Source of the DNA: Nitrospirota bacterium | Lineage (GTDB): Bacteria; Nitrospirota; UBA9217 | DNA length: 64,000 bases | Reading direction: 5' to 3' | Assembly: GCA_035623825.1 (NCBI GenBank) | Contig: DASPSR010000020.1 | Location: 64,001 to 128,000, forward strand | In this document: positions 29,227-38,664 of the stretch, piece after piece | Numbering within the stretch: position 1 is the stretch's first letter | Layout: every line of letters begins with the position of its first letter | Program-made: the position numbers and the translations under genes | The notes under the pieces: model-generated | What the model saw: only the letters and a program-made list of their open reading frames with translations | Told to the model about the DNA's origin: nothing | Database searches by the model: none

Positions 29227-30627
29227 ATGAGCGATTATCAATACGATAATCAGACGGTAAAAGGTTTTATCGTCTCCTCGATCTTCTGGGGAGTTGTCGG
29301 GATCGTGATCGGGCTCTGGATCTCGGTACAGATGTGGATGCCGTCGCTGAACTTCCCGCCCTATTTTACCTTCGGACGGCTCAGAGTGGTGCATACGAAC
29401 GGGCTCGCCTTCGGGCTCGGGATCGGCGCGATATTCGGGATTTCCTACTATATCATAATGCGGCTCACGAAGCGACCTCTCCTCTTCCCGAAACTCGCAC
29501 GGTTCCACCTCTGGTTCTTCAACGTCGCCATCCTGCTCGCGGCGCTCAGCCTCCTTGCAGGCATGAACCAGTCGAATGAATACGCAGAGCTGGAATGGCC
29601 GCTTGACATCGCCGTCGTCATCCTCTGGGTCATCTTTGCCGTCAACGTCTTCGGCACGATCATCAAGCGAAAAGAAGAGCAAATGTACATTTCTCTGTGG
29701 TATATCCTCGCGACGACTGTCGCCGTCGCCGTTCTGTATATCGTGAACAATCTCTCGATCCCCGCGGGCTGGAATAAATCCTACCATCTCTTTGCGGGCG
29801 TCAACAGCGCCAATGTAGAGTGGTGGTACGGACACAATGCGGTAGGATTCATTTTTACGACGCCGATTCTCGCAATGTTCTATTATTTCCTGCCGAAGTC
29901 CACGGGCCTGCCGATTTACAGCCACCGCCTTTCCATCATAGCTTTCTGGTCGCTCGTGTTTGCCTATCTCTGGACAGGAGCGCACCACTTGGTCTATACG
30001 CCTCTGCCCGACTGGATCCAAACCCTCGGGATCGCCTTTACCATCTTCCTGATCGCTCCGTCCTGGGGCTCGGTAGTGAACGGTTACTATACGGTCGGTA
30101 ATGACTGGTCGAAGATGCAGACGAACTACCTTACCAAGTTCTTCATCCTCGGTATCACCTTCTATGGCCTGCAAACGGTCCAGGGTCCGACACAGGGACT
30201 GCGTGTCGTCAGCCAGTTGATCCACTTCACCGACTGGGTCCCCGGCCATGTGCACATGGGCACCATGGGATGGGTGACCATGACCGCTGCCGCATCGATG
30301 TACTACATCATCCCGAAGATCTACAACACGTCGATCTACAGCGAGAAGATCGCGAACATCCATTTCTGGCTCGTGCTGATCGGGCAGCTCATATTCTCGA
30401 TCACCATGTGGATCACGGGGATCATGCAGGGTGCCCTCTGGAAAGCGACGAACCCCGATGGAAGCCTTAAGTATACGTTCGTAGAGGTAGTAGCGAAGAA
30501 CTATCCATTCTGGAAAATGAGAACGCTCGGGGGCGTGATCTTCACGGTCGGCATGCTCTTTTTTATCTACAATATCTATATGACCATGCGCAAAGGCAAG
30601 CTTGAGCTTGCCGAAGCGAAGGCATAG
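29227..30627 (+). CDS. ccoN: cbb3-type cytochrome c oxidase subunit I
   Basis: GRLRVVHTN, EYAELEW, WWYGHNAVG, GAHH and GHVHMG. Confidence 0.95.
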   Translation: MSDYQYDNQTVKGFIVSSIFWGVVGIVIGLWISVQMWMPSLNFPPYFTFGRLRVVHTNGLAFGLGIGAIFGISYYIIMRLTKRPLLFPKLARFHLWFFNVAILLAALSLLAGMNQSNEYAELEWPLDIAVVILWVIFAVNVFGTIIKRKEEQMYISLWYILATTVAVAVLYIVNNLSIPAGWNKSYHLFAGVNSANVEWWYGHNAVGFIFTTPILAMFYYFLPKSTGLPIYSHRLSIIAFWSLVFAYLWTGAHHLVYTPLPDWIQTLGIAFTIFLIAPSWGSVVNGYYTVGNDWSKMQTNYLTKFFILGITFYGLQTVQGPTQGLRVVSQLIHFTDWVPGHVHMGTMGWVTMTAAASMYYIIPKIYNTSIYSEKIANIHFWLVLIGQLIFSITMWITGIMQGALWKATNPDGSLKYTFVEVVAKNYPFWKMRTLGGVIFTVGMLFFIYNIYMTMRKGKLELAEAKA

Positions 30628-30638
30628 GGGGTGATAAC

Positions 30639-31223
30639 ATGGCAGATGCTCTCTATAAGAAACCGATATTGTTCGCTATCGTCGCGGCAGTCGTCATCCT
30701 GATCGGGACCGCTGTGACCATGTTCATTCCGATGCTGACGCCGGAAATGCATCCGAAACTGGCGAACCTCAAGCCCTACACAGCGCTCCAGCTCGCCGGC
30801 AAGGACATCTACCAGCGGGAAGGCTGCAATAACTGCCACACCCAGACGGTGCGACCTCTGAAGACCGAGGTCATGCGGTATGGCGAATACTCGAAAGCGG
30901 GGGAATTCGCCTACGACCGGCCTTTCCTCTGGGGTTCAAAGCGCACCGGTCCCGACCTGGCACGCATCGGCGGGAAATATCCCGATCAGTGGCACGAGAT
31001 ACACTTCGATAATCCGCAGGCCATGTACGCGGAGTCCAACATGCCCGCCTACGGTTGGTTGAAGCAAAACAAGCTCGATCCATCGGACATCGAAGCCCAC
31101 ATGAAGGCAAATGATTTCCCGTACACGCGCGATGAACTCGCACAGCTCAAGGACAAGACTGAGCTTGATGCGCTGATCGCGTACCTCCAGGTAATCGGCA
31201 CGGCAGTCACCAAGGCGAAATGA
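30639..31223 (+). CDS. ccoO: cbb3-type cytochrome c oxidase subunit II
   Basis: REGCNNCHTQ, WGSKRTGPDL and SNMPAY. Confidence 0.95.
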   Translation: MADALYKKPILFAIVAAVVILIGTAVTMFIPMLTPEMHPKLANLKPYTALQLAGKDIYQREGCNNCHTQTVRPLKTEVMRYGEYSKAGEFAYDRPFLWGSKRTGPDLARIGGKYPDQWHEIHFDNPQAMYAESNMPAYGWLKQNKLDPSDIEAHMKANDFPYTRDELAQLKDKTELDALIAYLQVIGTAVTKAK

Positions 31224-31243
31224 CAGAGAGGAGGAATATTAAA

Positions 31244-31435
31244 ATGGCGGAACAATCGGACAACGATAATATCGAGGCATTCGAATCAAAAGAGACGGGA
31301 CGTCGCATTCCCCTCGGATGGCAGCTGTTGTTCTGGGGCCTGATCCTCTGGGGCATTTACTACGTCGCCGCGCATACGCCGGCCATTAGCGGATGGTCAC
31401 AGGAGCGCGCGTACACGGAATCATTGAAGCCGTAA
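31244..31435 (+). CDS. CcoP N-terminal-domain-only protein (no heme)
   Basis: GGAGG RBS; IPLGWQLLFWGLILWGIYY resembles the CcoP N-terminal TM; no CxxCH. Confidence 0.65.
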   Translation: MAEQSDNDNIEAFESKETGRRIPLGWQLLFWGLILWGIYYVAAHTPAISGWSQERAYTESLKP

Positions 31436-31524
31436 CCCCCCTGGAGCCGGAGGATTTCAGTCGCTATGGCGCGGCCCCGGCTCCGCTTTCACCCCTTGCA
31501 ACAAAAAAATCAGGGAGGTGTTTT

Positions 31525-31626
31525 ATGGATATATCTGTTGCTGCAACAATCGGTTTTACCACAACTGCGGTGATCGGCATCATTGTGCTCTACTTTTCCG
31601 TCAGAAAAAGAAAAAACAGCAGGTAG
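31525..31626 (+). CDS. 33-aa single-TM small protein
   Basis: GGAGG RBS; MDISVAATIGFTTTAVIGIIVLYFSVRKRKNSR. Confidence 0.55.
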   Translation: MDISVAATIGFTTTAVIGIIVLYFSVRKRKNSR

Positions 31627-31779
31627 TCAGTTCCGAGCGAATTGCAAAGATTGGAAGTAAGCATCGCTGAGGCCAAAAGGCATCAAGGATAGCCTTTCAA
31701 AACCCCTATGAGCCTTGCGAGAAAGCTTCCTGGTGCTGACGCTTGACCGGACCAATTTGGAGAAAGTTGAGGCAATCTC

Positions 31780-31923
31780 ATGGAAAAGCAAGCATGGGCA
31801 TATATCGTGTTCGGGCTCGTCCTGGTAGTGCTCTTCGTGATCATTATCGTGCATTATTATTCCAGGAAGCGGCACAAAAAGGTTGAAGAAATAAAGTATA
31901 AAATGCTGGATGACGATGAGTAA
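31780..31923 (+). CDS. ccoQ: cbb3-type oxidase small subunit (CcoQ/FixQ-like)
   Basis: Manual translation: MEKQAWAYIVFGLVLVVLFVIIIVHYYSRKRHKKVEEIKYKMLDDDE. Confidence 0.75.
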   Translation: MEKQAWAYIVFGLVLVVLFVIIIVHYYSRKRHKKVEEIKYKMLDDDE

Positions 31924-33130
31924 GAAGTTCCACAGACTCAGGCGATTTTCCGGAGCAGTTCTTCTCTTGTTTCTTATCGGTGTCCCCTTTCTGCGGATGC
32001 ACGGAGAGAGCGCCTTTCGGTTCGATATCCCGTCACTCCGGCTTTTATTCTTCGGAACCAATATATGGCTGGCCGACTTTTTCATCATCCTGGTCGCCGT
32101 CATCTTCCTGACCTTCCTGATCATTTTCACAACGACCGTCTTCGGGAGACTGTGGTGCGGCTGGCTGTGTCCGCAGACCGTTCTGGTCGATACTACAACT
32201 TTCGTGGCAGCGGCCTGGGAACGGGGGCATGCCGCCAGAGCCGTCGCCGCTTCTGCGGGTCTCACGGTGAGCGCGGTCATTGCCGCAAGCCTGATCGGAT
32301 ATTTTGTATCGCCCTATGATATTCCATCTCTGCTCCGGACCGGCGGCACACCCGCGAAGATAGTACTAGGCTCCTGGCTTGCGCTTTCAGTGATCATGTT
32401 TCTTGATCTGATCGCGCTACGGAGAGGTTTTTGCGCAACGGTCTGCCCCTATGCGAAACTTCAGAGCGTTCTGTTCGACGATAGGACGCTCGTAGTCGCA
32501 TTCGATTCCCGTCGAGCTGACGAGTGCATGCAGTGCAATGCCTGCGTGCAGGCCTGCCCCGTCGGAATCGACGTCAGGAGAGGCTCTCAAATGGCCTGTA
32601 TCCACTGTGCCGAGTGTGTGGACGCCTGCACGGAGCGGATGGCCCGGCGTGACCGGAAATCGCTTGTCCAGTACAGCTTCGGACTTCCTGGTCAACGGGG
32701 CGTCGGCGTACGCGTGAACCCTCTGATGACCGGCGTCATCACCGCGATTTCACTTGTGCTTCTTGTTTATCTTTCCTTGTCGCGAATGCCCTTCGATGTG
32801 AGCGTTCGTCTGAACTATGCCGATGCGCCAGGGATGCGGTCAAACGGAAGCGTCACAAATTCATACATCCTATCGCTCAGGAACATGGGGACGTCCGATC
32901 TTGAAATCGATGTGAGTGCAGCCGCTTCGGCAGGGTCGGTCCTGGTGTCCCCTGACGTCGTGTTGCTCAAAAGAGGTACGGACATCACGAGAGTGCCGGT
33001 CTCGGTGACCCTGAACGGCGCATCAGGCGAAGAAAAGCATCCCTTGATGATCACTCTGACCGTCGGATCGAAACAGGTCAATAAGAAAATCACGAAAATT
33101 GTGTACTTCATGATGCCGAACAAAAATTAA
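31916..33130 (+). CDS. ccoG: cbb3 oxidase accessory Fe-S protein CcoG/FixG
   Basis: GRLWCGWLCPQT, FCATVCPY, CMQCNACVQACPVGID and CIHCAECVDAC. Confidence 0.88.
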   Translation: MSKKFHRLRRFSGAVLLLFLIGVPFLRMHGESAFRFDIPSLRLLFFGTNIWLADFFIILVAVIFLTFLIIFTTTVFGRLWCGWLCPQTVLVDTTTFVAAAWERGHAARAVAASAGLTVSAVIAASLIGYFVSPYDIPSLLRTGGTPAKIVLGSWLALSVIMFLDLIALRRGFCATVCPYAKLQSVLFDDRTLVVAFDSRRADECMQCNACVQACPVGIDVRRGSQMACIHCAECVDACTERMARRDRKSLVQYSFGLPGQRGVGVRVNPLMTGVITAISLVLLVYLSLSRMPFDVSVRLNYADAPGMRSNGSVTNSYILSLRNMGTSDLEIDVSAAASAGSVLVSPDVVLLKRGTDITRVPVSVTLNGASGEEKHPLMITLTVGSKQVNKKITKIVYFMMPNKN

Positions 33131-33141
33131 AGGGCCAGAAC

Positions 33142-33597
33142 ATGCGCACCCTAATCATAGTGATCTGCGTCATAGCGCTTGCCGCGACAATCGCGGCGAT
33201 CGTCGTCGGAAGTCGGAGTTTCGAGGGCCTCGTGGTAGATAAACCCTACGAAACGGGAATGGCGTGGGATGAAATGCGGCAGAAACGGGCAAGCCTCGGA
33301 TGGACGGTTTCCGTGCAGGGAGCGCCTTTCAAAACCGGCAAAAATGAATTGATCGTAAAGATTCTCGATAAGAACGGTTCACTGCTTACGGATGCCACCG
33401 TCAGCGTAACGGTCAGCAGACCATCGACGCGCACATACGATAAAACCTATCAGGCCGTCCACGAGGCAGACGGCCGCTACCGTGCGTCCGTCGATCTTCT
33501 GCTCTACGGAAACTGGGACGTGACCATTGATGCCAGCCGCAATAATGACCGCTCCAGTTTTAAGGAAAAAATTTTTGCGGAACACGGCGGGAAATGA
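33142..33597 (+). CDS. FixH/CcoH family (YtkA-like Ig fold) protein
   Basis: N-terminal TM, GLVVDKPYETG and GNWDV; operon position. Confidence 0.7.
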   Translation: MRTLIIVICVIALAATIAAIVVGSRSFEGLVVDKPYETGMAWDEMRQKRASLGWTVSVQGAPFKTGKNELIVKILDKNGSLLTDATVSVTVSRPSTRTYDKTYQAVHEADGRYRASVDLLLYGNWDVTIDASRNNDRSSFKEKIFAEHGGK

Positions 33598-34061
33598 AGC
33601 GACCTCATGACCAGTTCGTCAATCTATTGATGTCCCTTGCCTGGGCTGTACTTCTGGCAGTGATTGGCGGGATTGGTGCGCCGCCCGATTCTGCCGCAGA
33701 GAACAGTACCACCTGCAATGTCCAAAACGGTTCCTGCCTCAAGGAAACAAGTGATGGAATGACGGTTGAATTTGATATTCAGCCCAAGCCCGTTTTGTCT
33801 CTGTCCGAACTCGCGTTCAGCGCCATCCTCGCTCGAAGCGGAGCTCCCGTAACGGACGCGTCTGTCGTACTCGATCTCTCCATGCCTGGCATGTATATGG
33901 GAAAGAACCAGCCGAGCCTGAAGTTCGCAAAGAACGGACGATATGAATGGAAAGGGATCATCGCGAGGTGTCCCAGTGGAAGTAGGATTTGGCAGGCTGA
34001 ACTGACGATAATACAGGGGGGTAAGACGACTAAGGTTGATTTTGTGTTCGAGGTAAAATGA
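33594..34061 (+). CDS. Exported YtkA/FixH-like protein, putative Cu chaperone
   Basis: Signal peptide, CNVQNGSC and DLSMPGMYMG. Confidence 0.55.
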   Translation: MKRPHDQFVNLLMSLAWAVLLAVIGGIGAPPDSAAENSTTCNVQNGSCLKETSDGMTVEFDIQPKPVLSLSELAFSAILARSGAPVTDASVVLDLSMPGMYMGKNQPSLKFAKNGRYEWKGIIARCPSGSRIWQAELTIIQGGKTTKVDFVFEVK

Positions 34062-34062
34062 C

Positions 34063-34740
34063 GTGGAGACGGGATTTCTACTAGCGCTCACGACCGGCGT
34101 TCTGGGAGGCTTTGGCCATTGTATCGGCATGTGCGGCCCCCTCGTGGCGTCATATGCACTTGCGCGGGATGCGGAGCCTCGGCCGATCTTCATCCGGCTT
34201 GCCCCGCACCTGCTCTATAATCTGGGCCGCATGACCACCTACGGACTCATCGGCGCTATCATGGGGCTTTCGGGATCATTCGTCAATGTCGCCGGCAGGC
34301 TTACCGGCGTCCAGAACGTCGTTGCCGTCGCTGCCGGCGTCATGATGGTCTTCATGGGACTGAGCATCGCCGGCGTAGGAGGCACGACGGCATGGATCGA
34401 GAAACATAATCTCCCTGTCCTCCGTGCGGCGCAGCAGGTCCTCGCCTCGTCTTCAATGCTTCGCTACTATCCGCTCGGTCTCCTCCTCGGGTTGCTCCCC
34501 TGCGGCCTGTCATACACAGTCTTCATTGCGTCCGCCGGGACCGGCGGCTTGGTTTCTGGAATGCTGACCGCCCTGCTGTTCGGACTCGGTACAGTGCCTG
34601 CACTCCTCGCCTTCGGGGCGGTCATGTCCTCTCTCCGGGCAGCCCTCCGTAACACGATCTACAGGACAAGCGGAGCGATCGTCATGATCATGGGGATCTA
34701 TTTTCTATTCAGAGGTCTAAAGCCCTATGCCAACCTGTGA
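34063..34740 (+). CDS. DsbD_2 / TauE-SafE-like cbb3 biogenesis membrane protein
   Basis: HCIGMCGP, YNLGR, LLPCGLSY and FGLGT. Confidence 0.85.
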   Translation: METGFLLALTTGVLGGFGHCIGMCGPLVASYALARDAEPRPIFIRLAPHLLYNLGRMTTYGLIGAIMGLSGSFVNVAGRLTGVQNVVAVAAGVMMVFMGLSIAGVGGTTAWIEKHNLPVLRAAQQVLASSSMLRYYPLGLLLGLLPCGLSYTVFIASAGTGGLVSGMLTALLFGLGTVPALLAFGAVMSSLRAALRNTIYRTSGAIVMIMGIYFLFRGLKPYANL

Positions 34741-37180
34741 TCACTGCATGCTCACGGTGTCCGAACGCAATGCCGTGTTCGATTACATAGACGGCAGGCG
34801 AAAGGTCTTCTGCTGCCACGGGTGCAGCGGGATCTACAGGATCATTCACAGCGAGGGGCTTGACGAGTTCTACGCAAAAAGACGGGAGTGGACCCCGGGA
34901 CCAGCGGAAGACAAGGCCGTGGACGTATCTGCCTTCTTGGACGGTCTGAGGCCCGTAGGCCGCGAGATCGAAACGGACGTCATCGTCGACGGCATCCGGT
35001 GCGCGTCCTGCGTCTGGCTGAATGAGAAGTTACTGCTCCGGACGGAGGGGGTCTCGTACGCCAATGTGAATTATGCCACGCATCGGGCGAAGATCCGCTG
35101 GAACCCGGAAGAGATAGACATCGGCTCCATTCTCGCGCGCATCAAGTCCATCGGCTATGTCCCTAAACCGTTCCTTCCCAATGCCTGGGAGGACGAGCAG
35201 AAAAAGCAGGCCCGTGACCTGCTCATCCGCTTCGGCACCGCATCCTTTTTCTCCATGCAGCTCATGCTGTTCTCCATCGCCCTGTATGCGGGGTATTTCC
35301 AGGGAATCGATGAGAGGATCAAACTTTTCTTCCATCTGATCTCTTGTGCGCTCACGACACCGGTTCTGTTCTATTCGGGCTGGCCGATCATCCGGGGATC
35401 CTTGCGGGGTTTGAAGAATCTCACGTTCAACATGGATGTCCTGATCGCGGCGGGTTCCGTTTCCGCGTACGCCTACAGCATCTACCAGATGGCGGCCGGC
35501 GGCGAGGTCTATTTCGATACCGCGGCCATGATCGTCACCCTCATTCTGCTCGGCAGATACATCGAAGTAGGCGCCAAGGGAAAAGCGTCCGAAACCATCG
35601 GCAGGCTTATGCAACTCAGCCCCAAGGAAGCCCGGAAGCTGGAGATATCTCCGGACCAGGTTCGATCAATTGACCGGCTCCACCGCGCAGCTCGTCTGAT
35701 GGTACCCGTATCGTCTCTGCGTCCGGGAGACATAATTGAAGTTGTTCCCGGAGAGAAGATTCCTGCGGACGGCGTCGTGGTTACAGGGTCGTCGGAAGCG
35801 GACGAATCCATGCTTACCGGGGAATCGAGGCCTTCGCCGAAGACCGATGGAGCGTTGATATTCGGCGGCACGCTCAACCTTTACGGAAGCTTTGTATTCC
35901 AGGTCACCAAGACAGGCAAGGACACGGTGCTTGCGCAGATCATCCAGGCCGTCGAGGACGCCCAGGCGCGCCGTGCCCCGATCCAGGCCGTCGCCGATCG
36001 CGTCGTCGGTTCCTTCGTGCCCGCGGTTCTGCTCATCGCCTTGCTGACTTTCCTCGGATGGCTCTATCATGGCACTGCGGCGTCGCGCGCGGTGATGAAT
36101 GCGGTCTCGGTCATGGTGATCGCCTGCCCCTGTGCACTCGGACTTGCCACGCCACTTGCTATCCTGATCGGCACGTCCTATGGAGCATCTAGGGGAATAC
36201 TCATAAAAGGCGGGGATGTGATCGAGAAGGCGGCATCCGTTGATTTTGCCGTGTTGGACAAAACGGGGACCATAACCGAGGGGAGGCCCGTGCTGAGCGA
36301 AACTTTTGGCGTAGGGATACCAGACAGCGAGGCACTCCGGCTTGCACTGTCCCTCGAACGACGTTCAGAGCATTCCCTGGGCAAGGCAATCGTCGAAGCG
36401 GCGGGGGGGCTTGACCCGTTCGAGGTTGCTGATTTTTCCGTAGTCCCCGGCAAAGGAATCCAGGGGATGATTCTCGGGAAACCGGCGCTCATCGGCAGCA
36501 GAGAGTTCATCGAATCCCATGGCATTTACGGCAACATTGACGCCGCCCTGGACAATGAGAAACGATCGGGTCTGGTCGAAGCGGAGAAGACAGGGGCCAC
36601 GATCATCTTTCTGTGCTATGATCTAAGGGTGCGAGGAGCCTTCGTGGTTTCCGACAAAGTCAGGGTTGAGGCGGCGGAGACCATAGCTATGCTCAAGAAT
36701 GCCAGGCTCGGCGTGGCCATGGTAACGGGCGACAACCTCAATACAGCTGTGGCCGTGGCAAAAAAAACCGTGATCGATTCCGTGAAAGCGCGGGTATCGC
36801 CAATGGAAAAGGCTGATGAAATTCGACGCATGAAGAATGAAGGAAAGCACGTTCTTATGGCGGGGGACGGTATCAACGACGCTCCAGCGCTCGTACAGGC
36901 CACGGTTGGCGTTGCCATGGGGCGTGCGACGGACATCGCTCTCGAGAGCGCGGACATCGTCATCATGCGCTCCGATCTCAGACTGGTCGCTGACGCCGTA
37001 GCGCTCTCCAAAAAGACCTTCAGGGTCATCCGCCAGAACATCTTCTGGGCATTCTTTTATAATATCGTTTTCATCCCCCTGGCCATACTCGGCATCCTTC
37101 ACCCGATCATGGCAGCCGGCTCCATGGCTTTCAGTTCGCTCTCGGTGGTCGGAAATTCCCTGCGTGCGAGGATACGCTGA
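34727..37180 (+). CDS. ccoI: Cu-translocating P1B ATPase CcoI/FixI
   Basis: CDHC..FCCHGC, CASC, TGES, CPC, DKTGT, SEH, GDGIND and YN motifs. Confidence 0.92.
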   Translation: MPTCDHCMLTVSERNAVFDYIDGRRKVFCCHGCSGIYRIIHSEGLDEFYAKRREWTPGPAEDKAVDVSAFLDGLRPVGREIETDVIVDGIRCASCVWLNEKLLLRTEGVSYANVNYATHRAKIRWNPEEIDIGSILARIKSIGYVPKPFLPNAWEDEQKKQARDLLIRFGTASFFSMQLMLFSIALYAGYFQGIDERIKLFFHLISCALTTPVLFYSGWPIIRGSLRGLKNLTFNMDVLIAAGSVSAYAYSIYQMAAGGEVYFDTAAMIVTLILLGRYIEVGAKGKASETIGRLMQLSPKEARKLEISPDQVRSIDRLHRAARLMVPVSSLRPGDIIEVVPGEKIPADGVVVTGSSEADESMLTGESRPSPKTDGALIFGGTLNLYGSFVFQVTKTGKDTVLAQIIQAVEDAQARRAPIQAVADRVVGSFVPAVLLIALLTFLGWLYHGTAASRAVMNAVSVMVIACPCALGLATPLAILIGTSYGASRGILIKGGDVIEKAASVDFAVLDKTGTITEGRPVLSETFGVGIPDSEALRLALSLERRSEHSLGKAIVEAAGGLDPFEVADFSVVPGKGIQGMILGKPALIGSREFIESHGIYGNIDAALDNEKRSGLVEAEKTGATIIFLCYDLRVRGAFVVSDKVRVEAAETIAMLKNARLGVAMVTGDNLNTAVAVAKKTVIDSVKARVSPMEKADEIRRMKNEGKHVLMAGDGINDAPALVQATVGVAMGRATDIALESADIVIMRSDLRLVADAVALSKKTFRVIRQNIFWAFFYNIVFIPLAILGILHPIMAAGSMAFSSLSVVGNSLRARIR

Positions 37181-37365
37181 TGTGGAGCGTGTTTCTTCTG
37201 ATATTCCTTACGCTCTGCGCCGGTTTCGCCGGGTGGATGTTCTTTCTCTGGGCGGTCAAGAGCGGGCAGTACGATGATATCGAAGGACCGAAGTATCGGA
37301 TGCTCGAGGATGAGGAAAAAGAAAAAAGAAAAGATGAAGGGAAAAAAGAAGGAAAAGAAGATTGA
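37180..37365 (+). CDS. ccoS: cbb3 oxidase maturation protein CcoS/FixS
   Basis: FLWAVKSGQYDDIEGP. Confidence 0.9.
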   Translation: MWSVFLLIFLTLCAGFAGWMFFLWAVKSGQYDDIEGPKYRMLEDEEKEKRKDEGKKEGKED

Positions 37366-37391
37366 TCTGCCGCAATTCGGAAGTGTCTCAA

Positions 37392-37937
37392 TTACACCCA
37401 GTACTCCGGATATTTTCTGCTCTTCGAAAGATTGTTCACGAGCAGGGCGATAACCAGCAGCACAGCGGCGCCCGTACCTGCGGGAATGAAAGCATAGAGG
37501 AAACCGAGGTTGTGAATTTTTGCTCCGCCGATGACAGCGATGAGCGCCGTCGCTCCTCCGGGCGGGTGGAGCGTTTTGGTGACTAGCATGACGACGATGG
37601 CCACGGAAACGGCCATCGCTGCTGCCACCCAGATGGTGTTGCCGAACAGCTGATAGCATGCAACGCCTGCAAGGCCTGAGAGCACGTGTCCTCCGATGAG
37701 GTTTCTCGGCTGGGCCAGCGGGCTTTTGATAGCACTGTACACAAGGACCGCCGAAGCGCCGAACGACCCGATGAGCATCGTCATGTCTCGTGGTTCGAAG
37801 TACCACGATGAGAGATAACCGCACACACCGATGCCGAGCGCCGATCCAAGCCATGACCAGACCATTTCGATGATGCCGACGCCGGGCGGGCTCTTTGCAC
37901 CGCCTTTCATCTTTGATAGATATTCAGCGATGGTCAT
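37392..37937 (-). CDS. HPP family membrane protein
   Basis: SFGASAVL, SPLAQPRN..GGH and LHPPGGATAL. Confidence 0.92.
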   Translation of the reverse strand: MTIAEYLSKMKGGAKSPPGVGIIEMVWSWLGSALGIGVCGYLSSWYFEPRDMTMLIGSFGASAVLVYSAIKSPLAQPRNLIGGHVLSGLAGVACYQLFGNTIWVAAAMAVSVAIVVMLVTKTLHPPGGATALIAVIGGAKIHNLGFLYAFIPAGTGAAVLLVIALLVNNLSKSRKYPEYWV

Positions 37938-37992
37938 GATATCCCATCCACAATAAGACGGTCTCCATGGCTTTCTTCTTCCGTCTTCCTCC

Positions 37993-38580
37993 TCACGGTT
38001 TCTTGCCTATCACCTTCAGGATATCAGCCCTCGAAATGATGCCGATGAGTTTGCCTTCGTCATCGACAACGGGAAGACGCTTTATTCTCCGATCATCGAG
38101 TATCTGCGCCACTTCGACTATATCGTCATCGGCTTTACTGGTAATAGGAGGAAAGCCCATGACATCCCCGACCTTGTTCCCGCCTTTTTTGGCGGTTACG
38201 GGCTCGCCGAGGATATTGCGTAAAATATCCTTAAAGGTATGCTCCTTCTTCATTCCCGCAAGGATAAGGATATCCGCCTCGCTGACGACGCCTATCACGC
38301 GGTTATTATCATCGACCACGGGCATGCCGCTTATCCTGTTCTCCGACAGGAGCCTCGCCGCTTCGTGGAGGTCGGCGTCCCTTTTAATGGTGACCACCGT
38401 CCTCGTCATCACATCCCGGACGGGAACACGCGTTGCCAGACGCTCCTGAGCATGACGGAGTGCGATCTCAAAGATCTTCTTCAGATCCTCCTCGGTCACG
38501 TCCATATAGGTTTTCATTTCCAGGAGTGCCGCTCTGAGATCCTCTTCCGACACCCTGCATTGTTCCGGCTGATTATCCAT
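37993..38580 (-). CDS. CBS-pair domain protein
   Basis: Two CBS domains (ISGMPVVD, IKRLPVVD...GIISRADI); GAGAGGA RBS. Confidence 0.88.
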   Translation of the reverse strand: MDNQPEQCRVSEEDLRAALLEMKTYMDVTEEDLKKIFEIALRHAQERLATRVPVRDVMTRTVVTIKRDADLHEAARLLSENRISGMPVVDDNNRVIGVVSEADILILAGMKKEHTFKDILRNILGEPVTAKKGGNKVGDVMGFPPITSKADDDIVEVAQILDDRRIKRLPVVDDEGKLIGIISRADILKVIGKKP

Positions 38581-38603
38581 TCGTCCTCTCATGATATTGT
38601 CCG

Positions 38604-38646
38604 ATGATAACAGAACCACCAAAGACCTGGTATGACGAAAATCATA
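38604..38646 (-). promoter_or_regulatory. Crp/Fnr-type box plus -10, upstream of CBS-HPP
   Basis: TATGACGAAAATCATA at 38631-38646; minus-strand TG-T-TATCAT at 38609-38604. Confidence 0.72.
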
Positions 38647-38664
38647 TGGGGATTGCGCTTCTTG

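Noticed and set aside
31627-31779. Riboswitch in the gap before ccoQ
   Set aside because: No recognisable aptamer consensus or terminator.
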